In this document: positions 17,577 through 26,534 of the stretch, in pieces | Layout of the letters: each line of letters begins with the position of its first letter | Position numbering within the stretch: the stretch's first letter is position 1 | DNA from: an uncultured Clostridia bacterium | Lineage (GTDB): Bacteria > Bacillota > Clostridia > TANB77 > CAG-508 | Direction of reading: 5' to 3' | Assembly: GCA_944393735.1 (NCBI GenBank) | Contig: CALYBE010000002.1 | Coordinates: 11,393 to 43,392, forward strand | DNA length: 32,000 bases | Program-made: the position numbers and the translations under genes | The notes under the pieces: generated by a model | Databases searched by the model: none | Seen by the model: the letters and a program-made list of their open reading frames with translations, nothing else | What the model was told of the DNA's origin: nothing

Positions 17577-17756
17577 TTTTATTTTATTATTTTTTGTTGT
17601 TTTATTTTTATTTTTTTTATTTTTAAATAATTATTAATTTAAAATATTTATTTTATAATTTATTTTTTATTGTATTTTTTTATAATACTTTAATTTAATT
17701 ATTATAATTGTTTATTAGATTATAGCAAATTTTATTAAATTTAATTTTAGAAAGGT

Positions 17757-19472
17757 ATGGTGATTTTTATAAAAAAATTATTTTTAATATTTTTTTATTT
17801 GTTTCTATCTTGTTTTTGTGCATATAAATTATTTTTTTTAATTTATACTTCAAATGAAATAATAATTACTTTTAGCTTAAATCCTTTTGATATTTGTTAC
17901 AATAATCCTGCTTTATGGAATTTCATAAAAATAAGTTTTATATTTTTTTATATTTTTTCAAATATTATTTTAATAAATATTTATATAACAAGATTTAATT
18001 TATATCAAGAAAAATGTCCAAAAAATAATATTAAATATTTATATAACGAACAAGAAAATTCAAGCGAAAATAATTATAAATTAAATTTATTAATCGGTCA
18101 TGATATAAATTTAAATACTGATATTATTTTGCCAGAATCAGGATTATATCAAAATTTTTTAATAACAGGAACAATAGGCACAGGAAAAACAAGTTCTGCC
18201 ATGTATCCTTTTACAGAACAATTAATTAAATACAATTCTATTAACTCAAGTAATAAAATTCCGATTTTAATATTAGATGTAAAGGGAAATTATTTTAAAC
18301 AAGTAAAACAATTTGCTAAAAAATATAATATAGAAAAAGATATTATTGAAATAGGGTTAAATTCAAAAATTAAATATAATCCTTTACACAAACCTCACTT
18401 AAAAGCAAGTGTTCTAGCAAATAGATTAAAAACTATTTTATTATTATTTTCAGAAAATAATTCAGAATCTTTTTGGCTAGATAAAGCTGAACAAATTTTA
18501 GCTGAGGCAATAAAACTCTGTAGGTTATATAATAATGGATATGTTACTTTTATTGAATTACATAAATTAATTACTGAACCTGATTATTATAAATCAAAAA
18601 TTGAAAAATTAAGAAATTTATTTTGCGAAAATAAATTTTCTTATGAGCAGATATATGAATTAAATACCGCCTTGGATTTTTTTGAAAAAGAATTTAATTC
18701 TTTAGATTCAAGAACTTTATCAATTTTAAAATCTGAAATCACAAGAATTACAAATATTTTTGTATCAGATTATAATATTTCAAAGATATTTTGTGCTTCA
18801 AAAAATGATTTAAATTTTAAAGGTTTTAGTTCTATGTTATCACATGGGAAAATTGTTGTTTTAAATATGAATATTGCTGAATATAAAAATCTTTCAAAAA
18901 TAATAGCTGCTTATTTAAAATTAGATTTTCAGGCAGAAATAATGTATAATTTATCACATAATAATGTTCATCCATCTGCTTTTATTTGTGACGAATATGC
19001 TGAATATGTTACCAAAACTGATGCAGACTTTTTCTCTCTTAGCCGTGAAGCTAAATGCATTAATATAGTTTCTACTCAAAGTTATTCTTCGTTAAAAAAT
19101 ACACTAAAAGACGAAACTGCTGTAAAAGTAATTATACAAAATTTAATTAATAAAATTTGGTTTAGAACTGATGATATTTTTACAATTGAAGAAGCTCAAA
19201 AGCAATTAGGCAAAGAAGAAAAAACCATGACTTCTTCAACCATCTCAGAAAATGCCAGAGAAACAAAATATAATTATATAACAAATTCTTTAAATTCACA
19301 AAATTCCAATATCACAGAAAGTTTAAATACTTATAAACAAAAGGATTTTACTTTTGACTCTAATTTTTTTACCCAGGATTTAGAAACTTTTTCTTGTCTT
19401 ACTTTTTTATCTAATGGAACTAATATTTTGAAACCATCTAAATTAAAAATGTTTCCTTATTTTAAAAAATAA
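17757..19472 (+). CDS. Type IV secretion coupling protein (VirD4/TraG/TraD-like ATPase) with N-terminal TM segments
   Basis: ORF track. Hydrophobic N-terminus with 2-3 TM segments. Walker A LITGTIGTGKTSS (about 18168..18191). ILILDVKGNY block. Walker B AFICDEYAEYV. STQSYSSL sensor-like block. The exact start is uncertain: AAAGG lies only 1 nt before the ATG, and GTG at 17760 or ATT at 17763 are alternatives. Confidence 0.78.
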   Translation: MVIFIKKLFLIFFYLFLSCFCAYKLFFLIYTSNEIIITFSLNPFDICYNNPALWNFIKISFIFFYIFSNIILINIYITRFNLYQEKCPKNNIKYLYNEQENSSENNYKLNLLIGHDINLNTDIILPESGLYQNFLITGTIGTGKTSSAMYPFTEQLIKYNSINSSNKIPILILDVKGNYFKQVKQFAKKYNIEKDIIEIGLNSKIKYNPLHKPHLKASVLANRLKTILLLFSENNSESFWLDKAEQILAEAIKLCRLYNNGYVTFIELHKLITEPDYYKSKIEKLRNLFCENKFSYEQIYELNTALDFFEKEFNSLDSRTLSILKSEITRITNIFVSDYNISKIFCASKNDLNFKGFSSMLSHGKIVVLNMNIAEYKNLSKIIAAYLKLDFQAEIMYNLSHNNVHPSAFICDEYAEYVTKTDADFFSLSREAKCINIVSTQSYSSLKNTLKDETAVKVIIQNLINKIWFRTDDIFTIEEAQKQLGKEEKTMTSSTISENARETKYNYITNSLNSQNSNITESLNTYKQKDFTFDSNFFTQDLETFSCLTFLSNGTNILKPSKLKMFPYFKK

Positions 19473-19515
19473 AATTTTTAAATATTTTTTATTATATTTT
19501 AAAATTTAAAAAAAT

Positions 19516-19538
19516 TATAATTGTCACTTTTGTGACAA
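19516..19538 (+). promoter_or_regulatory. -10-like TATAAT followed directly by the palindrome TTGTCAC-tttt-GTGACAA, just upstream of the SD of the VirB2-like gene
   Basis: TATAAT at 19516..19521. Perfect 7-bp arms at 19521..19527 and 19532..19538. SD aaggagg at 19539..19545 and ATG at 19551. Confidence 0.45.
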
Positions 19539-19550
19539 AAGGAGGTCTAT

Positions 19551-19868
19551 ATGAAAAAAATTTTATTTTCATTTATTTTAATTTTTTATTTAATATTTAT
19601 TTTATCCGGAACTGTTTTTGGAGCGACTCCAAAATTAGTTACAAAATTAAATGATGCTTTTGAAGATATAGAAGGCTGGATTATAAAAATATCCACTCCT
19701 GCAGCAGCTGTTGCCGTTTGTTCAGGAGCTCTTATGAGAAAATTTAGTTTTGGAGATGAAGAAAAAATGAGAATTGGAAAAAAGCTAATTACTGGCTCCT
19801 TATTTTCTTATGCATTTATTTTAGCTGCAGATCTTGTTTTATCTGCAATTCAATCTTTAATTAGTTAG
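19551..19868 (+). CDS. VirB2/TrbC-like (Maff2-like) small secreted membrane protein, candidate T4SS pilin-like subunit
   Basis: ORF track. Strong SD aaggaggt. Signal peptide MKKILFSFILIFYLIFILSGTVFGA, then two hydrophobic helices (ISTPAAAVAVCSGALM and ITGSLFSYAFILAADLVLSAI). The topology and the position next to VirB6/VirB3-like genes fit VirB2-like proteins. The call rests on topology and context only. Confidence 0.5.
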   Translation: MKKILFSFILIFYLIFILSGTVFGATPKLVTKLNDAFEDIEGWIIKISTPAAAVAVCSGALMRKFSFGDEEKMRIGKKLITGSLFSYAFILAADLVLSAIQSLIS

Positions 19869-19876
19869 GAGAATTA

Positions 19877-20761
19877 ATGGAAAATATTTCAACACAGACG
19901 AATTCTATAACGTCCACAATAATTGAAACAATTAATACTATTTTTCAAAATTTATTTTCTTCAATTGATAATAATTTATATGGAATACTTGATGATATTA
20001 CATTTATTAATTCAGATATAATTTCAGATTCATTTTTTGAAAGAATTTTAGGCACTTCTGCTTCTAATGGTATTTTACTTATTTGTAACTCATTATTATT
20101 TGGATTTTTCTTATATTATGCAATTAAATTTTTATTTTCTCATTTTACATATAGTCAAATAGAAACACCTTCACAATTTATTTTTAAATCTGTAATTTTT
20201 GGCATTTGTATTAATTTTTCTTATTTTTTTATAGAAGAAATATTATATTTTGCTTCTAATATTACTCTTGCAATAAGAGGGATTGGAGAAGAATTATTTA
20301 ATAAAAATATTTGTTTTTCTGAATTAATTTTAGAAATTAATAATTCGATAGGAATAAATACTTCTTCTTTAGATATTTTTTCCTTAGATGGATTAATTAA
20401 AGCTTCTCTTACAACTTCATTATTAAATTTAGTTTTTACATATTCTTTTAGATATGTAATGATTAAAATTTTTATTTTGCTTACTCCTTTTGCTATTTTG
20501 TCACTAATTTTACAAAATACTTCTTGGTTTTTTAAATCTTGGTTTAAAAATTTATTTTCATTATTATTTATACAAATAATTGTTGCTATTGTTTTATTAA
20601 TTTTATTTTCAATGGATTATTCATCTAGTAATTTAATTACAAAATTTATTTATGTTGGTGCAATTTATGCATTAATAAAATCAAATTCTTTTGTACGAGA
20701 TTTTATTGGTGGAGTATCCACAACTTTCTCACAAAATGTGAATAACTTTTTAAAAAAATAA
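19877..20761 (+). CDS. Polytopic membrane protein, VirB6/TrbL-like T4SS channel component
   Basis: ORF track. SD aggag. At least 5 hydrophobic helices, for example ILLICNSLLFGFFLYYAIKFLF, FIFKSVIFGICINFSYFFI, IKIFILLTPFAILSLIL and LFSLLFIQIIVAIVLLILF. It sits between the pilin-like and VirB3-like genes. The call rests on context and topology. Confidence 0.5.
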   Translation: MENISTQTNSITSTIIETINTIFQNLFSSIDNNLYGILDDITFINSDIISDSFFERILGTSASNGILLICNSLLFGFFLYYAIKFLFSHFTYSQIETPSQFIFKSVIFGICINFSYFFIEEILYFASNITLAIRGIGEELFNKNICFSELILEINNSIGINTSSLDIFSLDGLIKASLTTSLLNLVFTYSFRYVMIKIFILLTPFAILSLILQNTSWFFKSWFKNLFSLLFIQIIVAIVLLILFSMDYSSSNLITKFIYVGAIYALIKSNSFVRDFIGGVSTTFSQNVNNFLKK

Positions 20762-20790
20762 CATTTTATTTACTTTAAGGAGGAGAGATT

Positions 20791-21078
20791 TTGAAATTTA
20801 TAATTCCACAAAACTATAATTTTAAGAATAAAATCTTTGGAGTTATTGATTACTCTACTGCAATTTTCAATGTTGTATGGTATGTAGTTATTTTTGGAAT
20901 TCTTCAATTATTATTTACAGATTGGAATATAAAAATATTTTTGTTGATTTCTTTTTGCTTCCCTATAACATTATTTAGCTTAGTTGGCTTTAATGGAGAA
21001 CCTATAATTTATGTGTTAAAATATTTGATAAAATATATATTGAAACCAAAACTATATTTATACAAGAAAATTGGTTAG
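20791..21078 (+). CDS. VirB3/PrgI/TcpE-like small two-TM T4SS protein
   Basis: ORF track, TTG start, SD aaggagg. The N-terminal pattern IPQNYNFKNKIFGVIDYSTAIFNVVWYVVIFGIL and a second TM helix resemble PrgI-family proteins, which normally precede VirB4 in Gram-positive conjugation modules. Confidence 0.5.
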   Translation: MKFIIPQNYNFKNKIFGVIDYSTAIFNVVWYVVIFGILQLLFTDWNIKIFLLISFCFPITLFSLVGFNGEPIIYVLKYLIKYILKPKLYLYKKIG

Positions 21079-21207
21079 CAAATTTGTTTTAAACTATAAA
21101 TATTATTTATTCATTTTTATTACCATGATAATCTTTTATTGTAGACTCTTTAAGCAATTTCTATTTAAAATATAACAGATAATAATATAAAAAAGTTTCA
21201 AATTCCA

Positions 21208-21257
21208 CTTGATTTTCTCCCCATAAATGATATAATTTTACCAAATACTTTATGGGG
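21208..21257 (+). promoter_or_regulatory. Extended -10 promoter of the DnaD-type gene, bracketed by a 9-bp GC-rich inverted repeat
   Basis: TTGATT (21208..21213), a 16-nt spacer, then TGATATAAT (21227..21235). Arms CCCCATAAA (21218..21226) and TTTATGGGG (21249..21257). The right arm overlaps the SD. Confidence 0.6.
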
Positions 21258-21268
21258 GGATTAGTAAA

Positions 21269-22351
21269 ATGAAATTAGAGCAACACGAACTACCATTATT
21301 ATTCTCCGAAACGGTTGTACCAGACATCTTTTTCGCAGAATACTTACCACAAATGCCAGCAAATTGTGTAAAGATTTATTTATACATGTTTTTTTTGTCT
21401 AAATATGATAAAGACATAAAATTAAATGACATGTCAAAAAAACTTGCATTACAAATTAAAGACTTAAATGAAGCAATTGCTTACCTAGAAAATAATGAAT
21501 TAATTATTAGAAAAGAAAATGGATATATTGTATCTAATTTACAAGAAGCAACTCTTCATAAATTATACAAACCAAATTTAACTGCTTCTCCAGAAAAAGT
21601 CGCAGATGTTGCAAAAAATAAGGCTCGTGCAAAAGTCATAGAGCATATCAACAATACATATTTTTCTGGAATTATGGGGCCATCTTGGTATAATGATATT
21701 GATTTATGGTTCACAAAATATAATTTTGATGATGAAGTAATGATTGCACTTTTTGATTATTGTTTTAATCGTTCTGCATTACATCCTAAGTATGTACAAA
21801 AAGTTGCAGAAGCATGGGGAAGCAATAAGATACAATCTTGGAACGATTTAGATTTGTATTATCAAAAACAAGAAAAATTAACAAAAATAAAGAAAACCAT
21901 TGCAAAAAAATTGGGCAAAACTACTATTAATCAATATGAAGAAGCATATATTGAAAAATGGGTTTTAGATTTTGGATATGATTTAAATGTAATTGAAATA
22001 GCTTTAAAGAGAAGTACTTTAAAAACAAATACAACATTTGAATATTTTAACAATATTATTACAGATTGGCATGATAGAAATTTAAAAACACCTACAGAAG
22101 TTAATGCTTTTATTGAACAAAGAGAAAAACAAAGAAAAGATAAGAAAAGTCTTGAAAAGCAAGTTGCTAAAGCTTCTTTTGATCAAAGGCAATATGATAA
22201 TTTGTCATTCTTATATGCAAATTCGGGAATGCAAACATCTCAACCCTCTTCTCAAAATAAACAAGTTTCTTTTTCAAACACTTCAAATGATTTGTTAAAA
22301 AGTGAATCAGCTTCAAATATTACAAATATAAAAGGAGATTTTAATGGCTAA
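21269..22351 (+). CDS. DnaD-domain replication initiation/helicase-loading protein (B. subtilis DnaB/DnaD-type: winged-helix N-domain plus two DnaD-like C-terminal repeats)
   Basis: ORF track. The N-terminal segment FFAEYLPQMPANCVKIYLYMFFLS...LNEAIAYLENNELIIRK looks winged-helix-like. Two DnaD-like repeats: YFSGIMGPSWYNDIDLWFTKYNFDDEVMIALFDYC...KYVQKVAEAWGSNKIQSW and YEEAYIEKWVLDFGYDLNVIEIALKRS...FEYFNNIITDWHDRNLKT. Confidence 0.8.
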   Translation: MKLEQHELPLLFSETVVPDIFFAEYLPQMPANCVKIYLYMFFLSKYDKDIKLNDMSKKLALQIKDLNEAIAYLENNELIIRKENGYIVSNLQEATLHKLYKPNLTASPEKVADVAKNKARAKVIEHINNTYFSGIMGPSWYNDIDLWFTKYNFDDEVMIALFDYCFNRSALHPKYVQKVAEAWGSNKIQSWNDLDLYYQKQEKLTKIKKTIAKKLGKTTINQYEEAYIEKWVLDFGYDLNVIEIALKRSTLKTNTTFEYFNNIITDWHDRNLKTPTEVNAFIEQREKQRKDKKSLEKQVAKASFDQRQYDNLSFLYANSGMQTSQPSSQNKQVSFSNTSNDLLKSESASNITNIKGDFNG

Positions 22352-23351
22352 TGAATTATTAACATCACTCTTATCTGAATATGAGCAAAAAAAACATAGG
22401 GCTGAAAAAGATGCAGAATTGCGTAAAAAAGAATTATATGAGAGAATTCCTCGTCTTCAAGAAATAGAAAATGAATTAAATTCTGCTGCAATAAATACTG
22501 CAAAAAGCATATTGTCTGGTGGCTCTGATTCTATAGAAACTTTGACTCAAAAAGTTGAAAAATTAAAAAAGGAAAAAGAAAATATATTTAAGGAGAATAG
22601 TATTTCTTCCGATTTTCTTGAGCCACATTATGAATGTAATATTTGTAAAGACACCGGTTATATACAAAACGGAACTTCTGCTTCAACTATTTGTTCCTGC
22701 TTAAAACAGAAATTATTAGATATTTCTTATAATAAATCTAATATTTCTAATATAAAAAAAGAAAATTTTGACACATTCAACCCTAATATTTTTTCGGATA
22801 AACCTGAACCTGAAAAGTATAACATAAATTTTTCGCCTAGACAAAATATTCTATCAATAAAAGAAAAATGTATTGAATTTATTGATAATTTTGAAAATCC
22901 AGATTATCATAATTTATTATTTACTGGTAATACTGGTTTAGGCAAAACTTTTATGTCTAATTGTATTGCAAATGAACTAATTAAAAGAGGAAAAAATGTT
23001 TTTTATCAAACTGCTCCTGTTTTATTAGAAACAGTTATTGATAATAAATTTAATAAATATAAAACTTCAACACAAGACAATTTTTATAAAAATGTCCTTG
23101 AAACAGATTTATTAATTATTGATGATTTAGGAACAGAATGTTTAAATAGTATGAAATTAAGTGAATTATTTACAATTTTAAATACACGATTATTAAATTT
23201 GAATAATAAAATTACTAAAACAATTATTTCTACTAATTTGAATATTAATAGTTTTTTTAGAAATTATGAAGAACGTATAGGTTCTCGCATTGCAGGTTTT
23301 TACGACATTTATTATTTTTTTGGTGATGATTTAAGATTAAGAAAAAAGTAA
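22344..23351 (+). CDS. DnaI/DnaC-type AAA+ helicase loader
   Basis: ORF track. The start overlaps the upstream stop (ATGGCTAA), suggesting translational coupling. Cys cluster CNICKDTGYI...CSC. Walker A FTGNTGLGKTF. Walker B LLIIDDLG. Confidence 0.85.
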   Translation: MANELLTSLLSEYEQKKHRAEKDAELRKKELYERIPRLQEIENELNSAAINTAKSILSGGSDSIETLTQKVEKLKKEKENIFKENSISSDFLEPHYECNICKDTGYIQNGTSASTICSCLKQKLLDISYNKSNISNIKKENFDTFNPNIFSDKPEPEKYNINFSPRQNILSIKEKCIEFIDNFENPDYHNLLFTGNTGLGKTFMSNCIANELIKRGKNVFYQTAPVLLETVIDNKFNKYKTSTQDNFYKNVLETDLLIIDDLGTECLNSMKLSELFTILNTRLLNLNNKITKTIISTNLNINSFFRNYEERIGSRIAGFYDIYYFFGDDLRLRKK

Positions 23352-23414
23352 TATTAAAATTTATCTATAATATAAAGATTATATATTTTTATATTATGGA
23401 TAATTTTTTTCCAA

Positions 23415-23485
23415 CAAAAAAGACTAACAAATTTTGAAGCAAACTAAATGTAGTTCACTTCAAATTTTGCTAGTCTTTTTATTTG
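23415..23485. terminator. Bidirectional terminator between the convergent helicase-loader gene and gyrA
   Basis: Arms agactaacaaattttgaag (23421..23439) and cttcaaattttgctagtct (23458..23476): 19 bp with 2 mismatches. An A-run lies upstream and a T-run downstream. Confidence 0.75.
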
Positions 23486-23504
23486 TTTTCTGTAATATAT
23501 GTAC

Positions 23505-25946
23505 TTATTCTTCTTCCATTTCTGGTGTTAATGTTTCAATACTTACAACCTTTCCACCATCAGTCGTTCTCATTAATGTAACTCCTTGTGTTGAACGTCC
23601 TAAAACACTAATATCCTTAACTTTTAGCCTTATTATTGTTCCTGTATCAGTTATAAGCATTACATCTTCATCATCTGTAGCTACTCTAACCCCAACTATT
23701 TTTCCTGTTTTTGGAGTTATCTTATATGTAACAACACCTTTTCCTCCGCGTAACTGCACTCTATATTCATCAAGTTCTGTTCTCTTTCCAAATCCATTTT
23801 CAGTAATTGCAAGTAATGTAGCTTTTCCTCCAGGTATAATAGATTCCATTCCTATAACCTCATCATCATCATCAAGTCTAATTCCTATAACCCCTTGAGA
23901 AACTCTACCTATTGGTCGTACTTCTTTTTCATCAAAGGTAATGCACATACCATTCTTTGTAACAAGTACTACATTATCTTCTCCGTCAGTTAAACGTACC
24001 CCTATTAATTCATCATCTTCTTTTAATGTTATTCCTTGAAGTCCTGTCTTTCTTGCTGAATTATATTCTGCTAAGGCTGTTTTCTTAATTAATCCTTTCT
24101 TAGTAGCCATTAATAAGTACTTGCCTTCTGCAAAATTTTGAATTGGTATTACAGCTGAAACTTTCTCTCCTGCATCTAGACTTAATAAATTAACAATCGC
24201 TGTTCCCCTAGCTGTTCTACCTGCTTCTGGAACCTCATAACCTCTTAATCTGTATAGTTTTCCTTTATTAGTAAAGAATAAGATTGTATCATGAGTTGAT
24301 GCTATAAATATTTGTTTTACAAAGTCTTCTTCTCTTGTTGATATTCCTGTAATTCCCTTGCCTCCACGTTTTTGACTTCTATATGTATCAATTGGCATTC
24401 TCTTTATATATCCAAAATATGTTAAAGCAATAACTGATTGTTCCTCTTTTATTAAGTCTTCTTCATTGAAATCTCCTTCGGCAGCAACAATCTTAGTTAA
24501 TCTTTCATCACCAAATTTATCTCTTATTTCAATAAGTTCTTCTTTTATTATATCAAATACCAATTTTTCACTTGCTAATATTGCTCTTAAGTGAGCTATT
24601 AATTCCATTAATTGTTTATATTCTTCTTCAATTTTTTCACGTTGCAAACCAGATAATGTTTTTAATCTCATGTCTAGTATTGCTTGAGCTTGAATATCTG
24701 TTAATCCAAATCTTTCTATTAATCTTTCTTTTGCGTCATCATATGAATTTCGTATAATTGATATTACTTCATCAATATTATCAATAGCTATTTTTAATCC
24801 TTCTAAAATGTGTGCTCTTGCTAGGGCTTTGTCTAAATCAAATTGTGTTCTTCTTATTATTACATTTTTTCTATGATCAATATAACAATCTAGACATTGT
24901 CTTAATGTTAATATTTTTGGTTCCCCATCTACTAAAGCAAGCATTATTACACCAAAAGTATCTTGCATTTGGGTATTTTTGTATAATTGGTTTAAAACAA
25001 CATTTGGATTTGCATCTCTTTTTAATTCTATTACAATTCTTACTTTATCATTTCTATCTGATTCATCACGTAATTCTGAAATACCCTCAATTCTTTTCTC
25101 CCTACATAGTTTTGCTATATTTTCTATTAATCTTGCTTTATTAACTTGATATGGTAATGAAGAAACAATTATTCTTTGCTTATTTCCGCTCATTTCTTCT
25201 ATTTCTGCTTCAGCTCTCATAGTAATTTTCCCTTTTCCTGTTGTATAAGCTTCTTTAATTCCGTCTCTACCTAATATCAATCCTCCTGTAGGGAAATCTG
25301 GTCCTTTTATAATTTTTAATAAATCATCATCTGAAACATTATCATCATCAATAATTTTAATTATGCCATTTATTACTTCTGTTAGATTATGTGGAGGAAT
25401 ATTTGTTGCCATACCTACGGCGATACCTGAAGAACCATTAATTAATAATGTTGGTATTTTTGAAGGTAATACTGTTGGCTCTTGTAATCTATCATCATAG
25501 TTTGGCATAAAATCTACTGTATTTTTTTCAATATCTACTAACATTTGCTCTGCAATTTTTGACATTCTTGCTTCTGTATACCTCATTGCAGCTGCTCCAT
25601 CACCATCTATAGAACCAAAATTTCCATGACCATCAATTAACATATACCTCATTGAAAAGTCTTGTGCCATTCTTACCATTGCATCATAAACAGAAGCATC
25701 TCCATGTGGATGATACCTTCCTAATACAGATCCAACTGTATTTGCACATTTCCTGTATGGTTTATCAGATGTGATTCCATCTTCATGCATAGCATAAAGA
25801 ATTCTTCTATGTACTGGTTTTAAACCATCCCTAACATCTGGCAATGCTCTTGATACTATAACACTCATTGCATAGTCAATATAGGCAGTTCTCATTTCTT
25901 CTTCAATGTCTCTTTTTATAATGTTTTCATCTTGTCTTTCTTCCAT
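23505..25946 (-). CDS. gyrA: DNA gyrase subunit A
   Basis: ORF track. Canonical N-terminus AYIDYAMSVIVSRALPDVRDGLKPVHRRILYAM. QRDR block HPHGDASVYDAMVRMAQ. GyrA-box QKRGGKG. C-terminal beta-pinwheel repeats. Confidence 0.97.
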   Translation of the reverse strand: MEERQDENIIKRDIEEEMRTAYIDYAMSVIVSRALPDVRDGLKPVHRRILYAMHEDGITSDKPYRKCANTVGSVLGRYHPHGDASVYDAMVRMAQDFSMRYMLIDGHGNFGSIDGDGAAAMRYTEARMSKIAEQMLVDIEKNTVDFMPNYDDRLQEPTVLPSKIPTLLINGSSGIAVGMATNIPPHNLTEVINGIIKIIDDDNVSDDDLLKIIKGPDFPTGGLILGRDGIKEAYTTGKGKITMRAEAEIEEMSGNKQRIIVSSLPYQVNKARLIENIAKLCREKRIEGISELRDESDRNDKVRIVIELKRDANPNVVLNQLYKNTQMQDTFGVIMLALVDGEPKILTLRQCLDCYIDHRKNVIIRRTQFDLDKALARAHILEGLKIAIDNIDEVISIIRNSYDDAKERLIERFGLTDIQAQAILDMRLKTLSGLQREKIEEEYKQLMELIAHLRAILASEKLVFDIIKEELIEIRDKFGDERLTKIVAAEGDFNEEDLIKEEQSVIALTYFGYIKRMPIDTYRSQKRGGKGITGISTREEDFVKQIFIASTHDTILFFTNKGKLYRLRGYEVPEAGRTARGTAIVNLLSLDAGEKVSAVIPIQNFAEGKYLLMATKKGLIKKTALAEYNSARKTGLQGITLKEDDELIGVRLTDGEDNVVLVTKNGMCITFDEKEVRPIGRVSQGVIGIRLDDDDEVIGMESIIPGGKATLLAITENGFGKRTELDEYRVQLRGGKGVVTYKITPKTGKIVGVRVATDDEDVMLITDTGTIIRLKVKDISVLGRSTQGVTLMRTTDGGKVVSIETLTPEMEEE

Positions 25947-26188
25947 CGTTTTTTCTACCTCTTTCCTTAAGGTATATAAATTATAAATATCTTTTCTTAT
26001 TGCTTTTTATTTATTATACCTTTATGTTTTATATTTGTATTATATTATACTAATGCTTATTTTGCAAGGATTTGGGAGAATTATTTTAAAAAAACATTAC
26101 ATTGTGTAACAATTTGTATTTTGTTTATGAACTATTATTATTTAACTGATTTGCAATGATTTTTACATAAAACTTAACAAAGGAAATA

Positions 26189-26407
26189 TTATCTATTCTT
26201 TAAATTATTTAATATGAAATTTATTGCATCTTTAAAACCTTGTTTATAGTATAACTCGCTTATTATATTCATTTTTATATTATTTCTTTCTTCTTCATCT
26301 TTTTCCTTTATTTCTTTTATTTTTTTATGATACATCTCATGTATGTTTTCCTCTATTTTTTCTATTCTGTTTTCAAATATTTCATCTAAAATTTCATCAT
26401 CAATCAT
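26189..26407 (-). CDS. 72-aa acidic helical hypothetical protein, divergent from the XRE gene
   Basis: ORF track only. No recognisable motif. Weak SD (agggat). The divergent pairing with the HTH gene is the only supporting context. Confidence 0.4.
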   Translation of the reverse strand: MIDDEILDEIFENRIEKIEENIHEMYHKKIKEIKEKDEEERNNIKMNIISELYYKQGFKDAINFILNNLKNR

Positions 26408-26519
26408 TTTATCCCTGTCCCTTTTTTTATTTTTTTTCTATTCTAAATGTATATTTAATGTTTTCAAAAAACAATTTTTTTATACAAAAAAAGGAAAAAA
26501 TTTTTGTGTATGTAAAATG

Positions 26520-26534
26520 TATGCATTTTGCATA
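26520..26534. promoter_or_regulatory. Candidate operator palindrome TATGCA-ttt-TGCATA in the divergent XRE/72-aa intergenic region
   Basis: Perfect 6-bp arms at 26520..26525 and 26529..26534, about 55 nt upstream of the XRE start. Confidence 0.4.

Noticed and set aside
17447-17671. Chromosomal oriC in the G/C-free repeat tract.
   Set aside because: No DnaA-box-like (TTATCCACA/TGTGGATAA) motif is present in or beside it. dnaA is not adjacent; it is expected beyond gyrB, outside the window. The region lies in a transcribed leader. A role as a DNA-unwinding element for some other origin remains possible and is listed as a finding.
23434-23898. 154-aa plus-strand ORF overlapping the 3' end of gyrA, and similar ORFs at 24572..25144 and 31191..31433 opposite gyrA and gyrB.
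   Set aside because: They are antisense to unambiguous gyrase genes. They have no ribosome-binding site and a low-complexity composition.
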